From the NCBI GenBank assembly GCA_964543035.1, contig CAZIVL010000001.1:236159-300158 (forward strand): DNA of 64,000 bases, read 5' to 3'. The translations under genes and the position numbers were made by a program. The notes beneath the pieces were generated by a model. It did no database searches and was not told the origin of the DNA. It worked only from the letters and a program-made list of their open reading frames with translations. The stretch is from an uncultured Gammaproteobacteria bacterium. GTDB taxonomy: Bacteria; Patescibacteriota; Microgenomatia; CAZETR01; Amesbacteraceae. This document shows, piece by piece, positions 1 to 9,395 of the stretch (the stretch's first letter is position 1; every line of letters begins with the position of its first letter).

Positions 1-1
1 T

Positions 2-1762
2 GGCCGTGCCGCCTTTGGATATCTGGCCTCAGATATTGATTGTGGATTCAAATTATTTAGGAGGGATATTCTCAAACGAGTTTCTCTTCCATCTGACGGA
101 GCAATGGTAGATACCCAGCTTTTTGCCGGAGCCAGGGCCCGGGGCATGAAAGTGGCTGAACTAGAAGTGACACATCTCCCCAGGACCGCAGGCAGTTCAA
201 CTGGAGGTAATTTCAAGGTGGCGGCCAAAGCAGGACTCGAGTTGCTCGCTTTCTGGTGGCAATTAAAGCAGGAAATCATGGTGGAGCAGGGGAGAGCAGT
301 GTTCCGCTGGGAAGCGATTTGGATCTTGCTCATTATCTTAGGTGGAGGGTTCTTGCGTCTATGGCAAATTGATCAGCACATGACTTTTTTGGGTGACGAA
401 GGTCGCGATGCCATCGTCATGCGCGAAATGGTCCTGGGAAATCATTTTCCCCTCATAGGCCCCGGCACTTCCATTGGCAACATGTACCTAGGCCCCCTCT
501 ATTACTATTTGATGGCTCCTTCTCTGGCTTTGGCAAGCGAGTCCCCTGCTGGTCCCTCGATATTTGTAGCCTTGATAGGTCTTGCCACCATTGGGCTTTT
601 GTGGTGGATTGTACGTCAATGGACGGGCAGAACTGCCGCCCTAGTTGTCTCTGCACTTTATGCCATCTCACCGACTATCATCACCTATTCCCGCTCATCA
701 TGGAATCCCAACGTCATGCCATTTTTCGCCCTTCTTACTATATATAGTGTCTGGAAGGTGAGTGCTCTTGGGTACTGGCGCTGGGCAGTCATTGGTGCTG
801 TCTCTTTCGCATTTGTGCTCAACTCTCATTATCTGGGCTTGATACTCGCTCCTGTGGTGGCCATCTTTTTGTTTTTTTCCAAAAAAAGCCCATCTTCTCC
901 CAGATATTTAGCCCTCTCAGCCGCCGCCTTTATTTTATTGATGAGCCCTCTGTTCTTCTTTGACCTCAGACACAACTGGATAAACACCAAGGCAATGACG
1001 CTATTTTTTACAGATCGTCAGACAACGGTCAATCTCAAAGCCTACAAAGCGATCCCCAATCTCTGGCCCATCTGGTTGGATTTCAATGCCAGTATGTTTG
1101 CCGCCAAAGACAGGTCCCTGGGCCTAGTTTCTGCAATCGCCGTCCCCGTTTTGCTCATAATATTTGCCCTAAAAAATTCCCAAAAGCTTCGCTCCAAAGA
1201 TTTTCTTTTGACAGTTTCGTGGCTTGGCGTGGGTCTAATAGGTCTCGGCCTGTACAAGCAGCACATTTATGACCACTACATGGGCTTTATATTTCCGGCG
1301 GTTTTTATCCTCCTGGCATACAGCCTAGATTATCTTTTGCAAAAAAAAATCACAGCCAAAATCGTGGGACTGGTCTTTGTATTTTTGTTGTTTCACAATC
1401 TTTCTCGCACTCCACTTCTGTCTGCCCCCAACCATCAGTTAGACCGGACCCGCCAGGTCGCAGAGCTAATTCACGAGGAGACAGCAGGTAGACCTTTTAA
1501 CTTGGCACTTCTGGCCAAGTCCAATTACGACGCCAGTTACAGATATTTTCTCTACCAAAACAATTCACCTCTTTTTACGGTTCATCAGCAGATCACAGAC
1601 CAGCTCTATGTCATCTGCGAGATCTCCAATTGTCAGCCCATAGGGAATCCTCTCTGGGAGATCGCCGCTTTTGGCTGGGCCAGGATTGATAGGGAATGGG
1701 AGTTCCCCTGGGGGGTCAAGGTCTATCGTCTGATACCCAATCCAGAGGGAAAAAGCTTATGA
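2..1762 (+). CDS. GT2 (polyprenol-P sugar synthase-like, C-terminal part) fused to ArnT/PMT-like GT-C glycosyltransferase; 5' truncated by window edge
   Basis: Frame is open from base 2: DIDCGFKLFRR...DTQLF...ELEVTHLPRTAG is a DPM1-like GT2 C-terminus. It is followed by FLGDEGRD...LIGPGTS...LGPLYYYL...WNPN and many TM helices. Confidence 0.85.
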   Translation, partial: GRAAFGYLASDIDCGFKLFRRDILKRVSLPSDGAMVDTQLFAGARARGMKVAELEVTHLPRTAGSSTGGNFKVAAKAGLELLAFWWQLKQEIMVEQGRAVFRWEAIWILLIILGGGFLRLWQIDQHMTFLGDEGRDAIVMREMVLGNHFPLIGPGTSIGNMYLGPLYYYLMAPSLALASESPAGPSIFVALIGLATIGLLWWIVRQWTGRTAALVVSALYAISPTIITYSRSSWNPNVMPFFALLTIYSVWKVSALGYWRWAVIGAVSFAFVLNSHYLGLILAPVVAIFLFFSKKSPSSPRYLALSAAAFILLMSPLFFFDLRHNWINTKAMTLFFTDRQTTVNLKAYKAIPNLWPIWLDFNASMFAAKDRSLGLVSAIAVPVLLIIFALKNSQKLRSKDFLLTVSWLGVGLIGLGLYKQHIYDHYMGFIFPAVFILLAYSLDYLLQKKITAKIVGLVFVFLLFHNLSRTPLLSAPNHQLDRTRQVAELIHEETAGRPFNLALLAKSNYDASYRYFLYQNNSPLFTVHQQITDQLYVICEISNCQPIGNPLWEIAAFGWARIDREWEFPWGVKVYRLIPNPEGKSL

Positions 1763-3216
1763 GACTAAAACACTGGTTTCTCGTGATTTCAGTTTTGTTA
1801 ATAGGCTTGTTTGTAAGAACTTACAAAACCCCTGAATATTTGGGATTTTGGTACGACCAAGGAAGGGACGCCCTGGTTATCTGGGATCTGATTTACAATC
1901 ACAAATTTTTTCTTATTGGTCCTACCACTGGCATCGAAGGAATCTTTCGGGGACCGTGGTACTACTGGCTCATCACCCCTTTTTACTTTTTGGGTCGGGG
2001 AGACCCTGTTTGGCCAGCCGTATTTTTGGCTTTTACCACGATAGTGGCTTCTGCCTTAAGTTTTGTGCTAGCCAAAAAAATTGCAGGGTTCAAAGCCGGA
2101 TTTCTAGCACTGGTTATCTCCTCTCTGTCTTACAACCTGGTCGGTTCCGCCCGTTGGCTATCAAACCCAACTCCGATGTTTATTATCTCAGCGAGTATTC
2201 TCTATTTTGTCTTCAAAGTAATCGATGGTCGCAAATCCGCCTACCTGCCCTTATCCTTTCTCCTCGGATTGTCGATGCAATTTGGATCAGCGGCAGAAGT
2301 ATTTTATTTTCCCGCCATCGCGGCCTTCGTGTTGATCAACAAAAAATTATGGCCAGACCTAAAGACAATCATTTTTTCATCAGTGCTCCTGATGATCCCC
2401 TTTACCCCTCAGATTATTTTTGATGTTAGGCACGAAGGCATCCTGAGTAAAAATACATCCAAATTCTTTGTGGATGATTCCAGCTTCAAACTGTCATTTA
2501 TAGATACAATTTCCGTGCGTCTGCCTTTTTATTACGATATGTTCAGCAAAAAATTATTCCCCATGGTCCAGTCATACTTTATTCCATTTGGAATACTTGC
2601 AATAGCATCGCTCATTATCAGATTCAAAAAACTATCACCTCATGAAAGTTTCTTAAGTCTATTGTTTTTTGCACCACTTGTCGGAATGTTATTTTTTCAT
2701 GGTAACGAGGGCAATGTCTATGACTACTATTTCACTGGCTACTATCTTGTATTTGTCATCTTGTTTTCCGTCAGTATTTCACAATTGTATTCAAAAAAGT
2801 TAGCCCTCGCCGTATGCCTAATTTTTTTGGGATTTTTCCTCAAACAAAATACTATCGAATTGACAAATTACATTAAAGCAGGAGAGGGGGCGTACATTAC
2901 CCTTGCTTCTGGCATTAAAGCAGTCGACTGGGTATACAAAGATGCAGCAGGTACCCCCTTCAACACCGATGCCTACGTCCCGCCGATGATCCCATATGCT
3001 TATGACTATCTGTTTTTATGGCGAGGGACCAAGGTTTTCAATACTCTTCCTACCAAAGAGTTGCTCCCTCTTCTATATACCATTCAAGAGCCGGATTCTA
3101 GGCAACAGACCTTGCTAAACTCATGGCGTACTCGTCAGTCTACATTTTCATCCATAGAATATACCTATATTGCAGGCCCTCTAATAGTCGAGCGAAGGCA
3201 ACGTCATGAAAAATAA
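1759..3216 (+). CDS. ArnT/PMT-like GT-C glycosyltransferase
   Basis: FWYDQGRD...LIGPTTG...GPWYYWL...SNP, polytopic. ATG 1759 overlaps the upstream TGA. Confidence 0.85.
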   Translation: MRLKHWFLVISVLLIGLFVRTYKTPEYLGFWYDQGRDALVIWDLIYNHKFFLIGPTTGIEGIFRGPWYYWLITPFYFLGRGDPVWPAVFLAFTTIVASALSFVLAKKIAGFKAGFLALVISSLSYNLVGSARWLSNPTPMFIISASILYFVFKVIDGRKSAYLPLSFLLGLSMQFGSAAEVFYFPAIAAFVLINKKLWPDLKTIIFSSVLLMIPFTPQIIFDVRHEGILSKNTSKFFVDDSSFKLSFIDTISVRLPFYYDMFSKKLFPMVQSYFIPFGILAIASLIIRFKKLSPHESFLSLLFFAPLVGMLFFHGNEGNVYDYYFTGYYLVFVILFSVSISQLYSKKLALAVCLIFLGFFLKQNTIELTNYIKAGEGAYITLASGIKAVDWVYKDAAGTPFNTDAYVPPMIPYAYDYLFLWRGTKVFNTLPTKELLPLLYTIQEPDSRQQTLLNSWRTRQSTFSSIEYTYIAGPLIVERRQRHEK

Positions 3217-4648
3217 GTCCATACTCATCTGCATAGTCTTACTCGCCTTGTTTGCCAGGTCATATCAGCTAGTGGAGAGGTTTGCCTATGATCATGATTC
3301 CGATCTCTCAGCCTGGATTTTTAAAGACATTGTCATTGATGGACACCTAAGGCTCATTGGCCAGCAGACATCATCATTGGGTCTTTTTATAGGTCCTCTC
3401 TTTTATTACTCACTCATCCCCTTTTACCTGGCCACGAATCTAGATCCCATCGGCACCTCAGTTTATCCCATAATTGTAGGTGTAGTCGGGGTCTTGAGTC
3501 TGTATTTTGTCACAGCCAAAACTACTGATAAAAAAACTGCTTTCTTTGCAGCTCTCATTTATGCCGGCTCTTTTTCTATCAGTAACACCGAACGGCAAGT
3601 CGTACCCACTGCCTGGATATTTGTTTGGTCCATCTGGTTTATCTACTCAGTACACCTTATTTATCAAGGAAAGAAGCTTGGACTCACTATCGCTGCTGTA
3701 TTACTGTCTCTGGTCTGGCATATCCAATTAGTGCTTGTGATTGCCGCAGTTCCCATGGGTATTGCCTGGATTTCGCGGTTCAAATCGTTTAAATTCAGAG
3801 ATTTTATTTTGCCGGTAGCGCTTCTAGTTATCATCTCAACCCCCCTGATTTTATTTGAGCTGCGTCACGATTTCATTCAGTTCAGGTCTTTATTCTTTTC
3901 GTCTCAGGTGGCAGAACAAGTTTCTCGAACATTAGCCCAAAAGTCGCTACATGTTTTGTCAGTTGCGGCAAAAAATGCCAATGCCATTTTTTGGGTTCGC
4001 CCAAACAATATTCCCGACTATGTTCTCCCCTTAGTAATTCTGATGGGATCAGGGATACTTTTGGTCAGAAAAAAGATATCCCGTCAATTGGTGTTAACTT
4101 TTGTTTTGTGGTTTGCAGTATTTATTGGTTTTTTTATCTTTCATCACATCAATCTTTCTGAGTACTACATCAACAGTCTGAACATTATGTGGATTATTTT
4201 GGCGGCGCTCGTGCTATCAAGACTTGGCAAATTAGGCAGTATTCTGCTAGTTGTTTTTTTGTTTTACAACCTTTACATAATAATTACTCTCCCTATAAAT
4301 CGTAGCGGTTATCTAAACAGAGTAGCAATGGTGGACTACATAGCAAAGGATGCAAAAGAACATAAGTTTCCTTGTATCGCCATCTCGTTTATGACCAATC
4401 CCGGTTATGAACTAGGGTATAGATATTTGTTCTGGCAGAAAAAAATGCATGTCAATCGCCCAAGTAGTAATAGCCCTGTCTACACAATTGTTTTTCCCCA
4501 CGGCCGGGCCAATCGTCTGGACTATACGAGTGGTGCTCTTGGACTGGTTCTGCCAGATTATTCTCGTTATAATGAATCCGGAGTAAGAGACAGTTGTTCA
4601 GGTGAGAACTCCAACGTTACTGATCCCATGTTTGGTTTTACAAAATGA
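3206..4648 (+). CDS. ArnT/PMT-like GT-C glycosyltransferase
   Basis: FAYDHDSD...LIGQQTS...GPLFYY, polytopic; paralog of the two upstream genes. Confidence 0.8.
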   Translation: MKNKSILICIVLLALFARSYQLVERFAYDHDSDLSAWIFKDIVIDGHLRLIGQQTSSLGLFIGPLFYYSLIPFYLATNLDPIGTSVYPIIVGVVGVLSLYFVTAKTTDKKTAFFAALIYAGSFSISNTERQVVPTAWIFVWSIWFIYSVHLIYQGKKLGLTIAAVLLSLVWHIQLVLVIAAVPMGIAWISRFKSFKFRDFILPVALLVIISTPLILFELRHDFIQFRSLFFSSQVAEQVSRTLAQKSLHVLSVAAKNANAIFWVRPNNIPDYVLPLVILMGSGILLVRKKISRQLVLTFVLWFAVFIGFFIFHHINLSEYYINSLNIMWIILAALVLSRLGKLGSILLVVFLFYNLYIIITLPINRSGYLNRVAMVDYIAKDAKEHKFPCIAISFMTNPGYELGYRYLFWQKKMHVNRPSSNSPVYTIVFPHGRANRLDYTSGALGLVLPDYSRYNESGVRDSCSGENSNVTDPMFGFTK

Positions 4649-5394
4649 CACCCTACTTATCCGTCATCATCCCCTCATACAACGAAGAAGACAACCTAAA
4701 TAGAGGTACACTCGATGTTGTCATTGCCTACTTGGAAAAACAGCCGTATCCCTGGGAAGTGATCCTTGTAAACGATGGCTCTACTGATTCCACAGCCCAG
4801 ATGTTGTCTGACTTCTCAAAATTTCAGAAGCATGTTCGCTTTATAGACAATCCTCATCAAGGCAAAGCCCAAACTGTTATTACTGGGGTTCTGGCGGCCG
4901 AGGGAGAAATCATTCTTTTTACAGACATGGACCAGGCTACTCCCATAACCGAGTTCGACAAATTTTTACCCAAGATAGAAGAAGGTCATGACATCATTAT
5001 TGGTTCTAGGGCCAACCGTGAAGGAGCTCCCTTGTTTAGAAAGATCCTGGCCTTTGGTATGGTGACGCTTCGAACGCTTATCCTCAATCTTCCCGTCCGG
5101 GATTCCCAGTGTGGCTTCAAAGCCTTTACTCGCGATGCAGCCGTCAAGATTTTTACAAAGATGAAAGAGCTGCGACCGTACAAGGTAATCGAGGGTCCGG
5201 CAGTAGACCCTGGTTTTGATGTGGAAATGATCTATCTCGGTCGCAAGCTGGGTTACAAGATTGTCGAAGTTCCCGTATCCTGGCGCCATCAAGAAAGTAG
5301 AAGAGTGAGCTTTATAAAAGATGCCAAAGCCGGCCTCATGGGACTTTTAGTTGTCCGCCTCCGCTCCCTCACCAACGCCTATAAGCTCAGATAA
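4645..5394 (+). CDS. GT2, dolichyl/polyprenyl-phosphate glycosyltransferase-like (ALG5/DPM1-like)
   Basis: SVIIPSYNEE, VNDGSTD, GKA, FTDMD, DSQCGFKAF, FDVE. Confidence 0.9.
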   Translation: MTPYLSVIIPSYNEEDNLNRGTLDVVIAYLEKQPYPWEVILVNDGSTDSTAQMLSDFSKFQKHVRFIDNPHQGKAQTVITGVLAAEGEIILFTDMDQATPITEFDKFLPKIEEGHDIIIGSRANREGAPLFRKILAFGMVTLRTLILNLPVRDSQCGFKAFTRDAAVKIFTKMKELRPYKVIEGPAVDPGFDVEMIYLGRKLGYKIVEVPVSWRHQESRRVSFIKDAKAGLMGLLVVRLRSLTNAYKLR

Positions 5395-5400
5395 GAGATT

Positions 5401-6153
5401 ATGAGTCCAAAACTGTCCATCGTTATCCCGGCTTACAATGAAGCAAAAAGCTTTCGATCTGGCATGCTGGACTCGGGCCTAGATTATCTCAAGTCGGTCA
5501 ATTATTCTTACGAAGTATTGTTTATAAACGATGGCTCGACCGACGACACGAAAGAACTTCTCGAGGGTCTCGCAAAAAAAGACAAACATTTCAAAGTCAT
5601 CACCATAAATCACGGAGGCAAAGCCAGTGCCGTCACGGCTGGAGTTCTGGCGGCCCAAGGCGAAATAGTATTATTTACCGACTTTGATCAATCCACTCCT
5701 CTGTATCAGGCAGAATCTTTTTTGAGATCTCATGATCTGGGGTCAGATGTCGTGATTGGGGTTAGGGGTGGGGGAGTAAGCACCAAGCAAGACACCTGGG
5801 TCAGAAAAGTCAGAAGTGCAATCTTTGTCACCCTTGTTCAGATTATTGCCCTGCCAGGAATCATTGACACTCAATGTGGCTTCAAGTCCTTCAAAAACGG
5901 TCTTGCCAAAAAAATATTTTCCAGTCTCAAAGTAAGCTTGCCTACTGGTGTAGTAACGGGAGGCTATATGGGGGCCTTTGATGTCGAAGTTCTCTTTTTG
6001 GCTCGCAAATACGGAGCAAATATTGCCCAGATCCCAGTCACCTGGATCAAATATCCCTCAGACAGATTAAATATCTGGAAGGAACCACTCCAAATGCTCA
6101 TCGATACAATCAAGGTCCGCCTCTGGGGTATACTAAGAAAGTACGATGCTTAA
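5401..6153 (+). CDS. GT2, dolichyl/polyprenyl-phosphate glycosyltransferase-like
   Basis: SIVIPAYNE, INDGSTD, FTDFD, DTQCGFKSF, FDVEVL; tandem paralog of 4645. Confidence 0.9.
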   Translation: MSPKLSIVIPAYNEAKSFRSGMLDSGLDYLKSVNYSYEVLFINDGSTDDTKELLEGLAKKDKHFKVITINHGGKASAVTAGVLAAQGEIVLFTDFDQSTPLYQAESFLRSHDLGSDVVIGVRGGGVSTKQDTWVRKVRSAIFVTLVQIIALPGIIDTQCGFKSFKNGLAKKIFSSLKVSLPTGVVTGGYMGAFDVEVLFLARKYGANIAQIPVTWIKYPSDRLNIWKEPLQMLIDTIKVRLWGILRKYDA

Positions 6154-7642
6154 GAAGTCTATTTTTATTTGTTTCCTGATCGCAGCAGCAGCAATCTTTT
6201 TACGTCTATACAACGTGGGTTTATGGCCTGTTTTTGCTGATGAATCCATCTATGTACGCTGGTCCCAGGTCATGCGGGCCGAAAGCACCCTCAGATTTCT
6301 TCCACTTTCCGATGGTAAACAGCCTCTGTTTATGTGGGCGACCATCCCCTTTTTCAAAATTATTTCCGATCCACTAGTGGCCGCCCGTTTTTTGTCAGCT
6401 CTTACCGGAATTTTTACAACTGCAGGCATAGCCCTTCTTTCTTGGCTAACTCTAAAAAATCTTCGCATCACATTCTGGACAGCCGCGATCTGGGCGACTG
6501 TTCCCTACTCAGTTTTTTTTAGTCGCATGGCTTTGGTAGATAGCATGCTCTGTATGTTTATCGTATGGGGATTGAGCCTAAGCGTTCTATCTATTCAAAA
6601 ACAGCGCTTAGATATGGCCATGATAGCCGGATTCTTTTTTGGGTTCGCGTGGCTCACAAAATCTCCCGCCACCATTGCCCTGATGTTATTACCTTCAGTA
6701 CTAATTTTTATCCCTCACAAAAATCTAAAAACTATTCTGTATTCACTATTCTATATTCTTACCCCAATCTTAATTGCCTTTGGCATGTACAACATCTTGC
6801 GCTTAGGCCCTGAGTTTCATCAGATTGCTTTGCGAAATGCCGATTATGTCTTTACTCTGCCTGAGATTCTAAAACACCCCCAAGATCCATTACTCCCTCA
6901 CCTTAAAGATAGTGTCACGTTTTATTTATATCTCCTCACACCTTTTGGTGTTTTATTGTCTTTGTGGGGTATATTGGCTGGGGGCAAATCGCACGTCTGG
7001 ACCAAGCTATTTTTTGGGCTTTGGTTTTTGCTACCCATCATTGCACTATCAGCCGTAGCCCGTGCTTTTACCGCCCGATATATTCTCTTTACAGCGCCTT
7101 TTGCCGTGATTCTGGCTGCTCACGCCGTGGAGCATATAGGCCAGCACACCAAAAGACACTTACTCTCAGCCCTGACTGGAGCCTTGATCATAATTCCTTC
7201 TCTTTGGATTGATCATCTGATGCTGACAAATCCTGCGAATATGCCCATGGCCAGGATTGAGCGCTCCGGGTATCTAGAAGAGTGGACTGCCGGGTTCGGG
7301 CTCAAAGAAGTATCTGCTCGCATTCAAACAGCGGCCGAAAAACGTCCAGTTATAGTGGGGTCTGAGGGTTTTTTTGGCACTCCATTTGACGGACTCCAAA
7401 TGTATCTCAACGGTGTACCAAATGTTCGAGTAATTGGAGTCGGAGTCTGGATAGACTCAGTCCACGAAAAGTTAATCAACGCCTCGGTCGAAAACCAGAT
7501 ATTTTTAGTGGTCAACTCCAGTAGGTTCCATCACGAAAAACCAGAAGATTTGGGACTCAAACTTTTGGCCAGCTACCCAAAGGCTGTTCGCCCAGATGGT
7601 ACCCAGGAATATTTGTTGTTTTTTGAATACATACCAAAATAA
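6146..7642 (+). CDS. ArnT/PMT-like GT-C glycosyltransferase
   Basis: PVFADESIY, DGKQPLFMW, SRMALVD, LTKS, RY motif; many TM helices. Confidence 0.85.
   Translation: MLKKSIFICFLIAAAAIFLRLYNVGLWPVFADESIYVRWSQVMRAESTLRFLPLSDGKQPLFMWATIPFFKIISDPLVAARFLSALTGIFTTAGIALLSWLTLKNLRITFWTAAIWATVPYSVFFSRMALVDSMLCMFIVWGLSLSVLSIQKQRLDMAMIAGFFFGFAWLTKSPATIALMLLPSVLIFIPHKNLKTILYSLFYILTPILIAFGMYNILRLGPEFHQIALRNADYVFTLPEILKHPQDPLLPHLKDSVTFYLYLLTPFGVLLSLWGILAGGKSHVWTKLFFGLWFLLPIIALSAVARAFTARYILFTAPFAVILAAHAVEHIGQHTKRHLLSALTGALIIIPSLWIDHLMLTNPANMPMARIERSGYLEEWTAGFGLKEVSARIQTAAEKRPVIVGSEGFFGTPFDGLQMYLNGVPNVRVIGVGVWIDSVHEKLINASVENQIFLVVNSSRFHHEKPEDLGLKLLASYPKAVRPDGTQEYLLFFEYIPK
6733..6760 (+). repeat. Intragenic heptamer tandem array (4x TATTCNN)
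   Basis: tattctg tattcac tattcta tattctt. Confidence 0.75.
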
Positions 7643-7647
7643 TACAA

Positions 7648-7675
7648 TGTCATCCTGAGTGTAAGCGAAGGATCC
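7648..7675 (+). repeat. Intergenic REP-like palindromic element (TGTCATCC family, half copy)
   Basis: tgtcatcctgagtgtaagcgaaggatcc; atcct/aggat arms; same 5' end as the elements at 8166 and 40495. Confidence 0.75.
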
Positions 7676-7682
7676 AGTCTTT

Positions 7683-9395
7683 ATGAAAAAAGACCTTTTA
7701 ATTTTATTAATTCTTATCATCCCCAGCTTTGCAATTTTGTTGCAAAAGGGTTATTTCTCCATGCACGATGATCTTCAGTCCATGCGCCAGTACCAGCAAG
7801 ACTTGTGTTTTGCAGACGGCCAGATCCCCTGTCGTTGGGTGCCGGATATGGGTTATGGTTACGGCTACCCTTTGTTCAATTTTTACCCCCCACTTCCATA
7901 TCTCTTAGGACAACCGTTACGTCTTTTAGATATCTCTTACATCGACATTGTAAAGATTGTGGGAATTATGGGTTGGGTCAGTTCAGCAGTCTTCATGTAT
8001 CTTTTGGGGCGAGAGTTTTGGGGGCGAAGAGGGGGATTAGTCTCGGCAGTCTTTTATACATATGCTCCTTATCATTCGGTTGATTTTTATGTCCGGGGAG
8101 CCATGAATGAGTTTTGGGCCCTAGTCTTCTACCCCGCCATTTTTTATAGCACTTATCGCCTCATATTGTCATCCCGACCAAGCGAAAGCGCGTGGAGGGA
8201 TCCCTCGACCCGGCTCGGGATGTCAAGCGTGAACGTGAAGTGGATTGTATTCACGTCTCTCTCCGTCACAGGTCTCATGCTTTCTCACAACCCCATGCTC
8301 ATGATCTTCGCCCCGGTTCTCATCGGCTGGTGCCTGCTCTGGCTGATAAAGTTTAAAACCATTCAACCATTTGGCCATTTATCCATTGCGGCCATATGGT
8401 CCGCAGGCCTGGCCGCCTTCTTCACTCTTCCGGTCGTTTTTGAGCAGCAGTTTGTCAGCATCTGGACACTCACCTCAGGATACTTCAATTATCTGGCTCA
8501 CTTTTTGGACATCAAGCAGATTTTTATAAATATCAATTGGGGTTATGGATCATCTGAGCTGGGACCTACTGACAGCATGTCATTTGCCATTGGTTACTTG
8601 CACTGGATAGTGCCATTGGTAATCTTGATTTTTTCCCTTACAAAAAAACTTCGGCCATATATAGCCATAATTCTTTATTCCATATTCATAATTCTTGTTT
8701 CTCTATTTATGTCACATTCAAAATCGACGTTTTTATGGCAGCATCTAAGACCCCTGGAGTTGCTACAGTTCCCCTGGCGTTTTCTGACTTTGACCATTTT
8801 TGGAGCCTCGTTTGCTGCAGGAGCCATTGCTCCAGCCGTAAACAAAAAATTATTGCTCACAGCACTTATAACCTCAGTCATAATACTAAATGGTAATTAC
8901 TTTCGTCCCAGGGATTGGTATCCAGATATGACTGACCAAGCAAAGTTTTCCGGCAAGTCGTGGCAACTTCTTGTTACCTCTGGCATCTTTGATTACTTAC
9001 CCATCTGGGCACCATTCCCCCCGGCAGACCCAGCCGGCGCTGACTTAAACATAGTTCAAGGCGAAGGGGAGTATACCCGAGTTCTAAAATCATCCAATAA
9101 GCAGGTTTATAAAGTCGATGTTATTTTGGACTCAGCCACAATTGAACTGCAGACATATTACTTTCCCGGTTGGCGGGCATATGTAGATGGAGTAGAACAG
9201 CAGATTGACCCCACTCGCGACCCTCTTTTGGGGCGCATCCAGGTCGACTTGTCTTCTGGATCCCACCAAGTTGAGATCCGGTTTACAAACACCCCGATTC
9301 GTCTCCTTGCAAACTCCCTATCTGTCATCTCCTGGGCGGCAATGGTTGGTATAATAATTGTATGGATGTGGAGGAGATCTCTTCTGAAGAGTTAA
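7683..9395 (+). CDS. GT-C-type membrane protein (PTPS-related membrane domain / YfhO-like)
   Basis: MHDD, DGQIPCRWVPD, GYGYPLFNFYPP, YAPYH...RGA..E, QFPWRF, YFPGW. Confidence 0.85.
   Translation: MKKDLLILLILIIPSFAILLQKGYFSMHDDLQSMRQYQQDLCFADGQIPCRWVPDMGYGYGYPLFNFYPPLPYLLGQPLRLLDISYIDIVKIVGIMGWVSSAVFMYLLGREFWGRRGGLVSAVFYTYAPYHSVDFYVRGAMNEFWALVFYPAIFYSTYRLILSSRPSESAWRDPSTRLGMSSVNVKWIVFTSLSVTGLMLSHNPMLMIFAPVLIGWCLLWLIKFKTIQPFGHLSIAAIWSAGLAAFFTLPVVFEQQFVSIWTLTSGYFNYLAHFLDIKQIFININWGYGSSELGPTDSMSFAIGYLHWIVPLVILIFSLTKKLRPYIAIILYSIFIILVSLFMSHSKSTFLWQHLRPLELLQFPWRFLTLTIFGASFAAGAIAPAVNKKLLLTALITSVIILNGNYFRPRDWYPDMTDQAKFSGKSWQLLVTSGIFDYLPIWAPFPPADPAGADLNIVQGEGEYTRVLKSSNKQVYKVDVILDSATIELQTYYFPGWRAYVDGVEQQIDPTRDPLLGRIQVDLSSGSHQVEIRFTNTPIRLLANSLSVISWAAMVGIIIVWMWRRSLLKS
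8166..8226. mobile_element. REP/RPE-like palindromic element translated in-frame inside CDS 7683-9395
   Basis: Arms ttgtcatcccga / tcgggatgtcaa (1 mismatch); internal palindrome gagggatccctc (8195-8206). Encodes LSSRPSESAWRDPSTRLGMS, absent from paralog 35412. Confidence 0.85.
8668..8695 (+). repeat. Intragenic heptamer tandem array (4x NNATTCN)
   Basis: taattct ttattcc atattca taattct. Confidence 0.65.
9347..9355 (+). promoter_or_regulatory. Putative extended -10 promoter for a leaderless flippase mRNA
   Basis: TGGTATAAT, 6 nt before ATG 9362. Confidence 0.6.

Noticed and set aside
1341-1349. A9 tract and other A8-A9 runs as phase-variation sites
   Set aside because: Frames are intact and Lys-codon runs are expected at this AT content
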